From contig CAWAPD010000002.1 of the NCBI GenBank assembly GCA_963783865.1, positions 198,415-262,414 of the forward strand: a stretch of DNA of 64,000 nucleotides, in the 5' to 3' direction. The stretch comes from an uncultured Actinomycetes bacterium (lineage in GTDB: Bacteria > Actinomycetota > Thermoleophilia > UBA2241). Numbering within the stretch: the stretch's first letter is position 1; the number at the start of each line of letters is the position of its first letter. Both the position numbers and the translations under genes were made by a program. Under the pieces are notes generated by a model, which was given only the letters and a program-made list of their open reading frames with translations, had not been told where the DNA came from and did not search any database. Below, one piece after another: positions 49,457 to 58,366 of this stretch.

Positions 49457-50665
49457 TCAGGCGGGCGGGCCGCTCGTGAACGTGACGGTCACGGAGCGCT
49501 GCTCACCCGACGGGCTCACGACCGTCAGCGTGACGGTGTCGCCGGGACGATGCTGGCTGATCAGATCGATCAGGGCGGACGGCGAGTCGACAGGGCTGCC
49601 GTCCACGAAGACGACCGTGTCGCCGCTCTCCAGGCCGGCCTTGTCGGCCGGCGATCCCGTGAGCACGTCGGCGATGAAGGCTCCCGTCGCCGCACCGGCG
49701 GAACCCTGCTGCCCGGCGGGGGTCATCGACACGCCGAGGAAGGCCGTCTCGCCGATGTGCACGGTGGCCGACGCCGTCCCCTGCCGGATCTGGTCGGCGA
49801 TGCCCAGCGCGTCGTCGATCGGTATCGCGAAGCCGTTGCCGCCCACCGTGTCGAAGGAGTAGTCAGACGAGGCCGCGGTGTCCATCCCGATCACCTTGCC
49901 GCCGGCGTCGACCAGGGGCCCGCCCGAGTCGCCGGGCCGGACGTCGGCGTCGACCTCGATCAGGCCGACGAGCCGTTCGGCGTTGCCGCCGTTCTGGTCG
50001 GTCGCGGTGATCGTGCGGCCCAGCGCCACGATGCTGCCCGCGGCGACGGAGGGCGCACCACCGTCCCCACCCGCGTTGCCGATCGCGAAGACCGTGTCGC
50101 CCGTGGCAAGCGAGGCCGACGACCCCAGCGGCGCCGTCGCCAGCCCCGATGCGCCCACCAGCTTGACGACGGCGACATCGCGCGTCCGGTCGTACCCCAG
50201 GACGACGGCGTTGTAGCTCTTGCCGTTCCCCAGGTCGGTCACCAGCATGGCGGTCGCGCCGTCGACCACGTGGTTGTTGGTGAGGATCACGCCGTCCGAG
50301 GTGAGGACGATGCCGGTCGCCGCCCCACGCTCACCCTGCAAGCCGATCGTCACGTTGATGTCGACGAGGCCGGACACGACGCCGGGGAAGGCCGGGGACG
50401 CGGCCGGCGAGGAGACGCCCGGCGGAACGGCCTGCGACCCACCCGGTGTGGGGAGCACCAGCGACGAGCCGAGCGAGCCGCCGGTGGGGGGAAGCCGCAG
50501 CCCCGAGGCGAGCAGGTTGCCGGCCTCGGCGACGACGCCGACGACCAGCACCACGAGCGCCGCGATCAGGCCTACGTGAGACAGCCCACGCCGGGGGCGC
50601 GGCGGGGGCGGCGCCGGAGCCCATCGGGGCTGGGGATACTCGTACACGTTCCTCCCTTCAGGCAC
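49457..50665 (-). CDS. htrA: HtrA/DegP-family trypsin-like serine protease with PDZ domain
   Basis: TM anchor, S1C catalytic region (…TNNHVV…, …GDSGGPLV…), C-terminal PDZ. Confidence 0.85.
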   Translation of the reverse strand: MPEGRNVYEYPQPRWAPAPPPPRPRRGLSHVGLIAALVVLVVGVVAEAGNLLASGLRLPPTGGSLGSSLVLPTPGGSQAVPPGVSSPAASPAFPGVVSGLVDINVTIGLQGERGAATGIVLTSDGVILTNNHVVDGATAMLVTDLGNGKSYNAVVLGYDRTRDVAVVKLVGASGLATAPLGSSASLATGDTVFAIGNAGGDGGAPSVAAGSIVALGRTITATDQNGGNAERLVGLIEVDADVRPGDSGGPLVDAGGKVIGMDTAASSDYSFDTVGGNGFAIPIDDALGIADQIRQGTASATVHIGETAFLGVSMTPAGQQGSAGAATGAFIADVLTGSPADKAGLESGDTVVFVDGSPVDSPSALIDLISQHRPGDTVTLTVVSPSGEQRSVTVTFTSGPPA

Positions 50666-50789
50666 GCTGTACCCTGAGCGGCCCGTGCTTGCACCTGTAA
50701 CGGCCCGGCGGGGCGGAGCGGGAGTACCATTCGCGAGACCGGGTCGAAGCGGCCCGGACGACGAGCCGGGAGGCGGCGTGGACGCGCGG

Positions 50790-51131
50790 ATGATCGGCTT
50801 CGGCGAGGTCGAGATCGACGGCCGGCGCTACACGCACGACGTCGTGATCGACGGCGGCCGTGTCGGCAAACGGCACAAGAAGGCCTCGAAGGCCTACCGC
50901 GACCGCTACGGGCATACGCCGCTGTCGGCCGACGAACCGTTGCCGTGGGCCGGGCCGCGTCTCATCGTCGGCACCGGCGCCTATGGTTCCCTGCCCGTCA
51001 TGCCGGAGGTCCTCGAGGAGGCCGAACGGCGCGGCGTCGAGGTGGTCGCCGCGCCGACCGCCGACGCTCTCCGCCTCGTCGCTGAGACGCCCACCGGCGA
51101 GCTGCGGGCCGTCATCCACGTGACCTGCTGA
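50790..51131 (+). CDS. Mth938-like (DUF498) domain protein
   Basis: ~113 aa from ATG MIGFGEVEIDGRRYTHDVVIDGG…; fold family shared with mitochondrial complex I assembly factor NDUFAF3; possible longer form from 50685. Confidence 0.6.
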   Translation: MIGFGEVEIDGRRYTHDVVIDGGRVGKRHKKASKAYRDRYGHTPLSADEPLPWAGPRLIVGTGAYGSLPVMPEVLEEAERRGVEVVAAPTADALRLVAETPTGELRAVIHVTC

Positions 51132-51291
51132 CGAAGGAGGTCCGGCCGGCGGCGGCCCAGCGCGGGACCAGGCTCGCTCGGCCGGGCGCTCACAAGAACC
51201 TCACACTGCCCGGGGATTGATCCGCCGGCGCCGCAAGTGAGGCGACGCCGCCGGCCCAGGGGTGGCGGCGCGCAGACGAAAGGCAGGGACG

Positions 51292-51651
51292 ATGGGGCTG
51301 TTCCATCACCACGATCGCGAGACCGAGGGCGCTGATCCGGGCGCCGCTACGACGTTCGAGGTGCTCGGCGACGACGGCAGGATCAGGCGCTACGCGCGCG
51401 ACCAGTTCGACGAGCTCCTCGAGACGACCGATGCCGGCGAGGTCCAGCAGCAGGTCGACCGTGGCTGGGTGATCGTCGACGAGCGCCCGGTCGAGCGCGG
51501 CGGCAGGGGGCCCTCGGGCATCGACATGATGCCCGAGGCGATGGCCATGCGTGCCGGCGGCATGTTCGAGTACGAAGCGCCCGAGCAGGTGACGCGGTAC
51601 ACCATCGGGCTGCTCAAGGACGGCGCGCAGGGCACGCCCGAGGACGAATGA
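51292..51651 (+). CDS. Hypothetical acidic protein
   Basis: ~119 aa, normal composition, RBS GAAAGGCAGGGA; no recognisable domain. Confidence 0.45.
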   Translation: MGLFHHHDRETEGADPGAATTFEVLGDDGRIRRYARDQFDELLETTDAGEVQQQVDRGWVIVDERPVERGGRGPSGIDMMPEAMAMRAGGMFEYEAPEQVTRYTIGLLKDGAQGTPEDE

Positions 51652-51652
51652 G

Positions 51653-51689
51653 CGGGCGGGCGGGGCGCCTGCGGCGCCCCGCCCGCCCC
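51653..51689. terminator. GC hairpin (GCGGGCGGGCGGGGCGCC-tgc-GGCGCCCCGCCCGCCC) between convergent genes
   Basis: Read directly, begins 1 nt after the stop codon. Confidence 0.6.
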
Positions 51690-51696
51690 ACCGCCG

Positions 51697-54321
51697 CTAG
51701 TCGCGCTCCGGATAGCCGGCCAGCGACCCCCGGACCCCCGCCCAGATGGCCTCGTTCAGAACCTCCTCGTTGGCCTCGTCGGGCCCCGAGAAGTCCAAGC
51801 GGGCGCACTCGCGTGCAAGCTTGGAGTCGGACGTGATCCTCGGATAGCCGCGGTCGCCGAAGGCCGTGACCTTGGGCGTGAGCGCCGCGTACGGCGTCAG
51901 GTCCGGCGTGGAGCTGAAGGCGTCCCACATCGGCGTCGCGCGCTGGTCGAAGATGCTCATCGGCGAGAGCCCCAGCAACTGCTCCATCGTCGCCAGCATC
52001 GCCGCCGTGTCGTAGTGGGTCGAATCGATCGTCGCGTGCTGGGTGTAGGGACTGATCACGAAACACGGCGAGCGGTGCGAGTCGACGTGGTCGGGTCCGT
52101 CCTGGGCGTCGTCCTCGACGACGAAGATGGCGGTGCTGGCCCAGTACTTGCTGTGCGACACGACATCGACGAGGCGTCCCAGCGCGAGGTCGTTGTCGGC
52201 CATGAACGACTCCGGCGTGGCGTCGCCCGGCGTCATCCCCTCCGTGTGGTCCATCGGCAGGTAGACGATCTCCAGGCCGGGAAGGTCGCCGTTCTTCTCG
52301 AACTGGCGGAACTCCCGCTGCCACTCGGGCTCGCGCACCTTGTGGTCCGGCGCCGACATGTCCCAGCCCACGTAGCGGGGATCGACGTGCACGCCGAACC
52401 GTGCCTGCAGGTGCGTCAGGTCGGAGTACCAGACCGTCTTGCCGTGCACCGTCTTCGAGGCCGTCGACTCGCCGTAGTCGCGATAGGTCACGTTATGGGC
52501 GGCGGCATCGTCCCAGAGGTACCCGACCGTAGCCGCCGCCACCGACCGCGGCACTGTCGTGTCCTCGGCCAGCGGCTCGCTCTTGAACTGCTGCTCGAGG
52601 GGCACGAACTCGCTGTCGTAGCTGCGCGAGTACGCCCACGCATAGTCGAACGGCCAGATCTTGTCGGTGTAATCGGTGGAGATGGCTTGCGTCGTCCATG
52701 GATGGCCGTCCTGCGACACCTCGGAGTCGACGTAGAAGTCGTCGAAGAGCACGAACTTGCTGGCCAGGGAACGATGGTTGGGGCTGCTCGACTGCTTGAA
52801 GAGCGTGAGGTCCGCGTCGCCGTTGCCCTCACCGAGGTCGCCGAAGACCTGGTCGTAGGTTCGGTTCTCCTTGATCACGTAGATCACATGCTTGATCGCG
52901 TCGAGCGCGGCGGGTTTCGCCCCCGCCGACCCGGTGGCGTGGTCGTTCACCTTCACCTGGGCCGACCAGCCGGCGAGCGAGTCCTGGGTCACCGTCCCCG
53001 GCAGGTCGATGACCTCGAGCGAGCCCTTCACCATCGTGCCGCTGTACTGCGACTCCGGGAGCGGCGGCGTGTACCAGTCGCCGGGATAGTAGTAGTAGGG
53101 CGCGGTGGGAGCTGGGCTCGGATACAGCGACTTTGGGACGAATGGGCCGGCGGGATTGGGGCCGGGGCCCGACCCGTACGTGTTGGTGACCACGAGCTGC
53201 GTGCCGTCGGGCGTGACCTGGATGCTCGACGGATACCATCCGGTCGGGATGAAGCCGAGGACCGTCCGGTTCTCGACGTCGACCACCGCGATCGCGTTCT
53301 CACCGGCGTCGGTGACGTAGAGGAGGTCCCCGTCTGGACTCACGGCGAGACCCACCGGGGTCGAACCCTTGGGTCCCCCCGGCACCAGCGCGACGTCGAT
53401 GGTCGCCGCGACCGCGTCGGTCTGCGTGTCGATCACCGAGACCGTGTCGCTGTTGGCGTTGGCGACGTAGACCTCGTCACGCTTCGGGTTGCTCGCGATC
53501 CCGGTGGGGTGGTCGGCGGTGAGCGGCGAGGCGTGCGGCGAGAGGACGATGGTCGCCACCGTCTTCTGTCTCGCGGTGTCGATGACCGACACGCGCCGGC
53601 CGGCCCAGTTCGTGACGTACGCCTTGTCGCCCTGGCGGTCGAAGGCGACGGCGAGGGGATAGCGGGCGCGGCCCAGCCCGATCCTCGCCGTCACCTTGTT
53701 CGTCGCCGGGTCGATCACGCTGACGACGTGGCCGGGCTGGTCCTCGTAGTCGTAGTCGGGGTTGGACAAGGCGCCGAGGTTCTCGGCCACATACACTCGC
53801 TCGCCGCGCGGCGTCTGGCCGCAGGCCAGACCCGACGGGAAGTACGGCGCCTTGATCTCCGCCACCGGCTTGAGGCCGCCGGCCGACGTGACCTTGTAGG
53901 CGTGGACCACCTGCTGGCCGGCGCCCGACGCCCACGCCTGCTTGCCATCGGCCGAGAAGACGACGCCGTAGAAGACCGACTCCCCCTGGTAGCCGTTGTA
54001 CTTCTCGAGGGCGGTGCGATCGCCGGTCGTGACGTCGTACACCTCGGTCGTCTCGTACTTCACGGCGGCGCCGCTCGACGTGACGAGCGCGTAGCGGCCG
54101 TCGGGCGAGAGCGCGACGCCCCACGGCCCCGGCAACCCGGCCTTGCCGGGCGGCACGGTGATCACCTTGCCGGCCGGCGTCAGCTCCCAGCCGGACGGCG
54201 TGATGGGGTTGGTGATCGACGCCGCCAGGGTCAGAGACGATCCGCCTCTCGACCCGCAGCCCCCAACGACGATCGCCGCCAGCATGGCGATCCCGGCCAC
54301 GATCCTTGCGGTAGTGCGCAT
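51697..54321 (-). CDS. Lipoprotein: N-terminal YVTN-type beta-propeller fused to C-terminal phosphoesterase (PF04185-like phospholipase C / acid phosphatase) domain
   Basis: Lipobox IVVGGCGS; repeated …YVTN…/…YVAN…/…YVTD… blades; C-terminal …IYVIKENRTYDQVFGDL… phosphoesterase signature; start at internal ATG (MRTTARIVAG…). Confidence 0.75.
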   Translation of the reverse strand: MRTTARIVAGIAMLAAIVVGGCGSRGGSSLTLAASITNPITPSGWELTPAGKVITVPPGKAGLPGPWGVALSPDGRYALVTSSGAAVKYETTEVYDVTTGDRTALEKYNGYQGESVFYGVVFSADGKQAWASGAGQQVVHAYKVTSAGGLKPVAEIKAPYFPSGLACGQTPRGERVYVAENLGALSNPDYDYEDQPGHVVSVIDPATNKVTARIGLGRARYPLAVAFDRQGDKAYVTNWAGRRVSVIDTARQKTVATIVLSPHASPLTADHPTGIASNPKRDEVYVANANSDTVSVIDTQTDAVAATIDVALVPGGPKGSTPVGLAVSPDGDLLYVTDAGENAIAVVDVENRTVLGFIPTGWYPSSIQVTPDGTQLVVTNTYGSGPGPNPAGPFVPKSLYPSPAPTAPYYYYPGDWYTPPLPESQYSGTMVKGSLEVIDLPGTVTQDSLAGWSAQVKVNDHATGSAGAKPAALDAIKHVIYVIKENRTYDQVFGDLGEGNGDADLTLFKQSSSPNHRSLASKFVLFDDFYVDSEVSQDGHPWTTQAISTDYTDKIWPFDYAWAYSRSYDSEFVPLEQQFKSEPLAEDTTVPRSVAAATVGYLWDDAAAHNVTYRDYGESTASKTVHGKTVWYSDLTHLQARFGVHVDPRYVGWDMSAPDHKVREPEWQREFRQFEKNGDLPGLEIVYLPMDHTEGMTPGDATPESFMADNDLALGRLVDVVSHSKYWASTAIFVVEDDAQDGPDHVDSHRSPCFVISPYTQHATIDSTHYDTAAMLATMEQLLGLSPMSIFDQRATPMWDAFSSTPDLTPYAALTPKVTAFGDRGYPRITSDSKLARECARLDFSGPDEANEEVLNEAIWAGVRGSLAGYPERD

Positions 54322-54543
54322 GGCTTCCCCCTCGAGTCCTGCCACAAGAGATGGACTCACCAACAAGACACCCCAGCGGAGGTCGCGTCAACATCGGAAA
54401 AGATGCGAGGCGGTAGCTTGACCGACCGGTGGGCGGGCCGCGGCCATACGGCCGCGCCCCGCGTGTGGATCCGACCCGCGCTCCCGTCCCGGGTTCGCGC
54501 AACGCAGGGTCGTCGCTTACCATTGCGAAAGTACGGGAACAGA

Positions 54544-54570
54544 GGGCGGGCGAGCTGCGCTCGCCCGCCC
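54544..54570. promoter_or_regulatory. Perfect 12-bp-stem GC hairpin with TGC loop (GGGCGGGCGAGC-tgc-GCTCGCCCGCCC) in the 5' leader of the L,D-transpeptidase gene
   Basis: Read directly; 37 nt upstream of the TTG start, just 5' of the RBS GAGGAGGA. Confidence 0.4.
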
Positions 54571-54606
54571 CCACCGGGACCGGCAGGCGAACCCCGAGGA
54601 GGACAG

Positions 54607-55833
54607 TTGAGCAAGATCGTCGGCAGACTGGCGTTGCTGGCCGGCGTGCTGCTCGTCGCCTCGCTCGTCCTTGGAGTGTTCTCGGCCCTGGCCGCGGCCG
54701 GCGGCTCGGCGGCCGGCGTCGACACGAGCGGCTCTCCCTCGGGCTCGCCTAGCGGCTCGCCCTCAGGGTCGCCGTCGAGCTCGCCCAGCGACTCGCCGAG
54801 CCCGACGCCCACGCCCACCCCTCCCCCGCCCCTCAAGGTCCGCTCGGTGACCCCGCACCGCCTGGCCAAGAACGTCAACCCGGGCAGCAAGATCGTCATC
54901 GTCTTCTCTGCCCCGCTGGCCGCCGACACGCCGGTGCCCACCATGACGCCGAAGGTGCCGGGAACGTGGACGGTCGACGGCGCCTCGCTCGTCTTCCGCC
55001 CGAAGGGGCACTTGCGGATCTACGCCACCGAGCACCTCTCGATGCACTCCGGACGGCTCGGCCCCCACAGCGCCGACGGCGGCAAGATGATCCACGCGTG
55101 GTCCTCGCAGTTCTCGGTGCGCGGTCCCTCGTCGATGCTGCGCTGCCAGCAGCTGCTGGCCGAGCTGAACTACCTGCCGTTGCGCTTCCGCCTGGCGTCG
55201 CTGCCCAAGGGCTACGCCCTGGGACAGGAGCCGAAGAACCCCGACGTCGTCTCGATCGCGCCGCTGGACGGCACGTTCGCGTGGCGCTTCTCGAGCACTC
55301 CCTCGACCCTCAAGGGGCTCTGGAAGAAGGGGACCTACACGACGATGATCAAGGGCGCCGTGATGACGTTCGAGTCGACCCACGGCCTGGCCACCGATGG
55401 CGTCGTCGGCAAGCAGGTCTGGCTCGCCCTCCTCAAGGCGACGGCCGGGCATCACGCGACCACCCGGGCTCACACCTACATCCAGGTGTACCGGTCGATC
55501 CCCCAGAAGCTCACCGTCTGGAAGAACGGCAAGATCGTGTTCACCGCGGCCTGCAACACCGGCATCGCGGTGCGCCCGACGCCGGCCGGCACCTCGCCGG
55601 TGTGGTCCCACCTGACCTCGACGACGATGAGCGGCACCAATCCCGACGGCAGCCACTACAGCGACCCCGGCGTGCCCTGGGTCGCCTACTTCAACGGGGG
55701 CTGCGCGATCCACGGGTTCATCCGTCCCGGTTACGGCTGGCCACAGAGCCTGGGTTGCGTCGAGCTCTCCTACGCGAGCGCGGCCACCGTGTTCCAGTGG
55801 GACAACATCGGGACTCTGGTCACCGTCTACTGA
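54607..55833 (+). CDS. L,D-transpeptidase (YkuD domain) with TM anchor, Ser/Pro/Thr linker and peptidoglycan-binding domain
   Basis: TTG start after RBS GAGGAGGA; TM, (SPSG)n/PTPTP linker, PG_binding_1-like …THGLATDGVVGKQVWLALL…, catalytic …HGFI…GWPQSLGCVELS…. Confidence 0.8.
   Translation: MSKIVGRLALLAGVLLVASLVLGVFSALAAAGGSAAGVDTSGSPSGSPSGSPSGSPSSSPSDSPSPTPTPTPPPPLKVRSVTPHRLAKNVNPGSKIVIVFSAPLAADTPVPTMTPKVPGTWTVDGASLVFRPKGHLRIYATEHLSMHSGRLGPHSADGGKMIHAWSSQFSVRGPSSMLRCQQLLAELNYLPLRFRLASLPKGYALGQEPKNPDVVSIAPLDGTFAWRFSSTPSTLKGLWKKGTYTTMIKGAVMTFESTHGLATDGVVGKQVWLALLKATAGHHATTRAHTYIQVYRSIPQKLTVWKNGKIVFTAACNTGIAVRPTPAGTSPVWSHLTSTTMSGTNPDGSHYSDPGVPWVAYFNGGCAIHGFIRPGYGWPQSLGCVELSYASAATVFQWDNIGTLVTVY
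54727..54840 (+). repeat. Low-complexity tandem coding repeat (SPSG/SPT/PTPTP linker) inside the L,D-transpeptidase gene
   Basis: ggctcgcc… units repeated at DNA level. Confidence 0.5.
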
Positions 55834-55884
55834 CCGTGCCGGACGCCGGGTCGCCGGCGGACTGGACCGAAACGATCCTCGCTT

Positions 55885-57105
55885 CTAGCGCGACGCCGTG
55901 GGTGAAGCCGACGGCGTCGCCGTGGGCGCGGCCGAGTCGGTCGGCGTGGGCGACGGCGTAGGCGTGGCCGACGGGCTCGGCGACTCCGTGGGCGTCGGGG
56001 TGATGGTCGGCTCGCCGTAGGGGCCTGTCGCCGTCGGCGAGGGGGTCGGGCTGGCGCTGCCGTCGCCCGCCGACGGGCTCGGCGACGGGTCGGCGGTCGG
56101 CGAGGTCGAGGCCTTGGGACTGTGGGTGGGCGACGCCGAGGGGGCGGCCCCTCGGGCCGCCGGGCTCGGCGTCGTTCCTCGCGCCGAGCCACCGACGCCG
56201 ACCGCGCCGGTGACGGTCCGCGTGGCGGCTGCCGCGGCATGGGGTATGGGCCGGTGAGTATCGACCCGCTTCTCGACCGCCGACCCGACGTTGATCGCTG
56301 TGGCCGCCGCCAGTACGACGGCGGCCAACTTCGCGACTTGCGTCGCCCCGATGGCCGATCCGATCCCGCCCAGCGCCCCGCCCAGCGGCAGCAGGGGCGC
56401 GGCGATCGGCGAAGGCACGGCGGGAACGGGCGGCGGCAGGTGCAGGCCCGGCGGCAGCGGCACATGCGGCAGCGCACGCAGGGCGGCGAGGGCTGCCATC
56501 GCCGACGGCGCCGGCAGCCCCTCCGCCCGGCAGAGCTCGCGGTAGCGGCTACGGAAGGCGTTGCGCGAGCGCGCCAGCAGGACCTCGGCCGAGCCGGGCG
56601 TGAGGTCGAGCGTGGCGGCGACCTCGACGAGGCTCAAGCCGTGCACGTCCTTGAGCAGGAGCGCCAGGCGCTGGCGGCGCGTGAGGCCGCGCAGGGCGGC
56701 CGCGAAGAGGCGGCCCTGCGCGGCCCGCTCGAACGGGTCGTCGGGCGCGACGGCGTCGTCGCGGTGGTCCGCGCCGACGACCGCGCGACGCTTGGCGGCG
56801 CGGAAGTGGTCGTAGCAGCGGTTGACGGTCAGCCGGTAGAGCCAGGGGCGCAGCATGACCTCGCGCTGGCGCGGCACGCGCTCGAAGGCGCGGATCAGCA
56901 CGTCGTGGGTGATGTCCTCGGCGTCCTCACCGCGGCGCACGAGGTGCAGGGCGACGTTGTAGATGCCGCCCGCGTAGTGTCGGTGCAGGACGGCGAACGC
57001 GTCGGGCGACCCCCGCCGGAGGCCCTCGACGAGCCGGGCCTCGCCCTGTTCGTCCAGGGCTTCCGCGCCACCGGCGCGTGACCCTGTCGTGGCCACCGTC
57101 CCCAT
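55885..57105 (-). CDS. ECF (group 4) sigma factor fused to a single TM helix and a long Pro/Thr/Ser-rich extracytoplasmic tail
   Basis: σ2 (…DITHDVLIRAFERVP…WLYRLTVNRCYD…) and σ4 (…LTRRQRLALLLKDVHGLSLVEVAATLDLTPGSAEVLLARSRNAF…) regions, then TM (VAKLAAVVLAAATAINVGSAV), then ~150 aa SPTPSPTAT low-complexity. Confidence 0.8.
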   Translation of the reverse strand: MGTVATTGSRAGGAEALDEQGEARLVEGLRRGSPDAFAVLHRHYAGGIYNVALHLVRRGEDAEDITHDVLIRAFERVPRQREVMLRPWLYRLTVNRCYDHFRAAKRRAVVGADHRDDAVAPDDPFERAAQGRLFAAALRGLTRRQRLALLLKDVHGLSLVEVAATLDLTPGSAEVLLARSRNAFRSRYRELCRAEGLPAPSAMAALAALRALPHVPLPPGLHLPPPVPAVPSPIAAPLLPLGGALGGIGSAIGATQVAKLAAVVLAAATAINVGSAVEKRVDTHRPIPHAAAAATRTVTGAVGVGGSARGTTPSPAARGAAPSASPTHSPKASTSPTADPSPSPSAGDGSASPTPSPTATGPYGEPTITPTPTESPSPSATPTPSPTPTDSAAPTATPSASPTASR

Positions 57106-57143
57106 CGTCCCCCTCTGCCGTCGATTCTCCTCGGGTTCACGGG

Positions 57144-57215
57144 TTCCCGAGATTTCAACGTCCGGCTGCCCGCAAACCCTAGCAGCCCCGTGGCGATTTG
57201 TCGCCGAGCTAGGGT
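57144..57215. promoter_or_regulatory. Divergent promoter region between ECF sigma and secreted repeat protein: direct repeat GGGTTC-n3-GGGTTCC (candidate ECF-type -35 GGGAAC on minus strand) and nested inverted repeats CCCTAGC…GCTAGGG / GGCGA-TTTG-TCGCC
   Basis: Read directly; motif interpretation is inference. Confidence 0.35.
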
Positions 57216-57284
57216 TGCCGCCGGTGGCGACGTTCCACTGTCAGCCGGCCCGCACGGGCCACCACCGATCTTGAGGGAGGGCAC

Positions 57285-57995
57285 ATGAGGAAGGTCATCG
57301 TCTTCATCGTCGCAGCGCTCGTCGCCCTGGCCGTCTGCGCGCCGGCCATGGCATCGTCGAGCGCGATCACCTGGTGGCATCCACCGACATCGTTCACCGT
57401 CGCAGGCAAGGTCCAGGCGGTCGACACGACCAACAGCAGACTCGTCCTGCGCGTGCAGCTCGCCTCGCTGTCGGCCAAGCAGTATCTCGGCGAAGACATG
57501 ACCGTCGTGGTCGCGCCTGACGCCCAGCTGCTCAAGGCCAAGGGCGTGGGCTTCGTCAAGATCGCCCTCGCGGACATCGCCCCCGACGACCACGTGCGCG
57601 TGATGGGCACGGTCGACCGTTCGGGTGTGGGCGGACCCACCTACACCGCCGAGCGCGTCATCATGCGCCATCTGGTGCCGCCGGAGGGGATCAAGTTCTT
57701 CGCCTTCCGCGGGCGGGTGGTCTCGGTGGACGCGGCCGGCAGCAAGCTCGTCGCCCACCTGCACCTGGTCACGCGGGCGCTGTGGCAGGCGCTCGAGACC
57801 GACTTCGGCTTCACCGTCGGCCCGAAGGCACGCATCGTGCAGTGGGTCGACGGCGCGCCGGTCGTGATCACCCTGGCCGACGTGGCCGCCGGCGACACCG
57901 TGCTGGCCAAGGGTCACATCGACCGGACCGATCCAGCCAACCCGGTCTTCATCATCCACTGGATGAGGGTCTGGAAGGCGGCGCCGACGCTGTAG
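57285..57995 (+). CDS. Secreted protein with two tandem ~90-aa beta-rich repeats (internal duplication)
   Basis: Signal peptide MRKVIVFIVAALVALAVCAPAMA; repeat 1 FTVAGKVQAVD…RVMGTVDRSG, repeat 2 FAFRGRVVSVD…LAKGHIDRTD. Confidence 0.65.
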   Translation: MRKVIVFIVAALVALAVCAPAMASSSAITWWHPPTSFTVAGKVQAVDTTNSRLVLRVQLASLSAKQYLGEDMTVVVAPDAQLLKAKGVGFVKIALADIAPDDHVRVMGTVDRSGVGGPTYTAERVIMRHLVPPEGIKFFAFRGRVVSVDAAGSKLVAHLHLVTRALWQALETDFGFTVGPKARIVQWVDGAPVVITLADVAAGDTVLAKGHIDRTDPANPVFIIHWMRVWKAAPTL

Positions 57996-58064
57996 AGCGG
58001 CTGGCGCCACCGAGGGCTCCCACAGCGTCCGGCTCAGGCGGAAGATCAGGCACGACGCGTCAAC

Positions 58065-58103
58065 GGGGCGGGGGCGAGGCCGTACGGCCCCGCCCCCGCC
58101 CCG
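58065..58103. terminator. GC hairpin (GGGGCGGGGGCGAGGCCG-tac-GGCCCCGCCCCCGCCCC, one mismatch) 3' of the secreted repeat protein gene
   Basis: Read directly. Confidence 0.55.
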
Positions 58104-58275
58104 TTCCTGCCACAGGCCGCTGCGGTACGCGCGGTCGGCCCGCCGTCTCCTGCGAGGAGCAGCGGGACCGCCGGCGGACGCACGGGTCGGCGATGCGCCC
58201 GTAGGGGGCCACCCGTCGCGAAAGGGGGCACGTCATTGGGGAATCGGCACCGCCGGGGGTTCGCTGTGGATCACG

Positions 58276-58304
58276 TTGGCTCATCTCGCATTACGCGGTA
58301 CCCT
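58276..58304 (+). promoter_or_regulatory. Candidate sigma-70-type promoter TTGGCT-N17-TACCCT upstream of the ferredoxin / multihaem cytochrome operon
   Basis: Hexamers and 17-nt spacing read directly; rare AT-containing stretch. Confidence 0.4.
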
Positions 58305-58366
58305 AGCGTGGACTTGGAAGCGTGCGGCGACCGGATCCGCGCTCGGGGAGGGAGGCAGCGAGCCCC

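Noticed and set aside
52015-55833. 1272-aa plus-strand ORF
   Set aside because: Only its last ~408 aa (from the TTG at 54607) form the L,D-transpeptidase. The upstream 860 aa are antisense to the propeller–phosphoesterase gene.
55827-57081. 216-aa minus-strand and 319-aa plus-strand ORFs overlapping the ECF sigma gene
   Set aside because: The Pro/Arg-rich translation comes from the same low-complexity DNA that encodes the genuine PT-rich tail in the correct frame.
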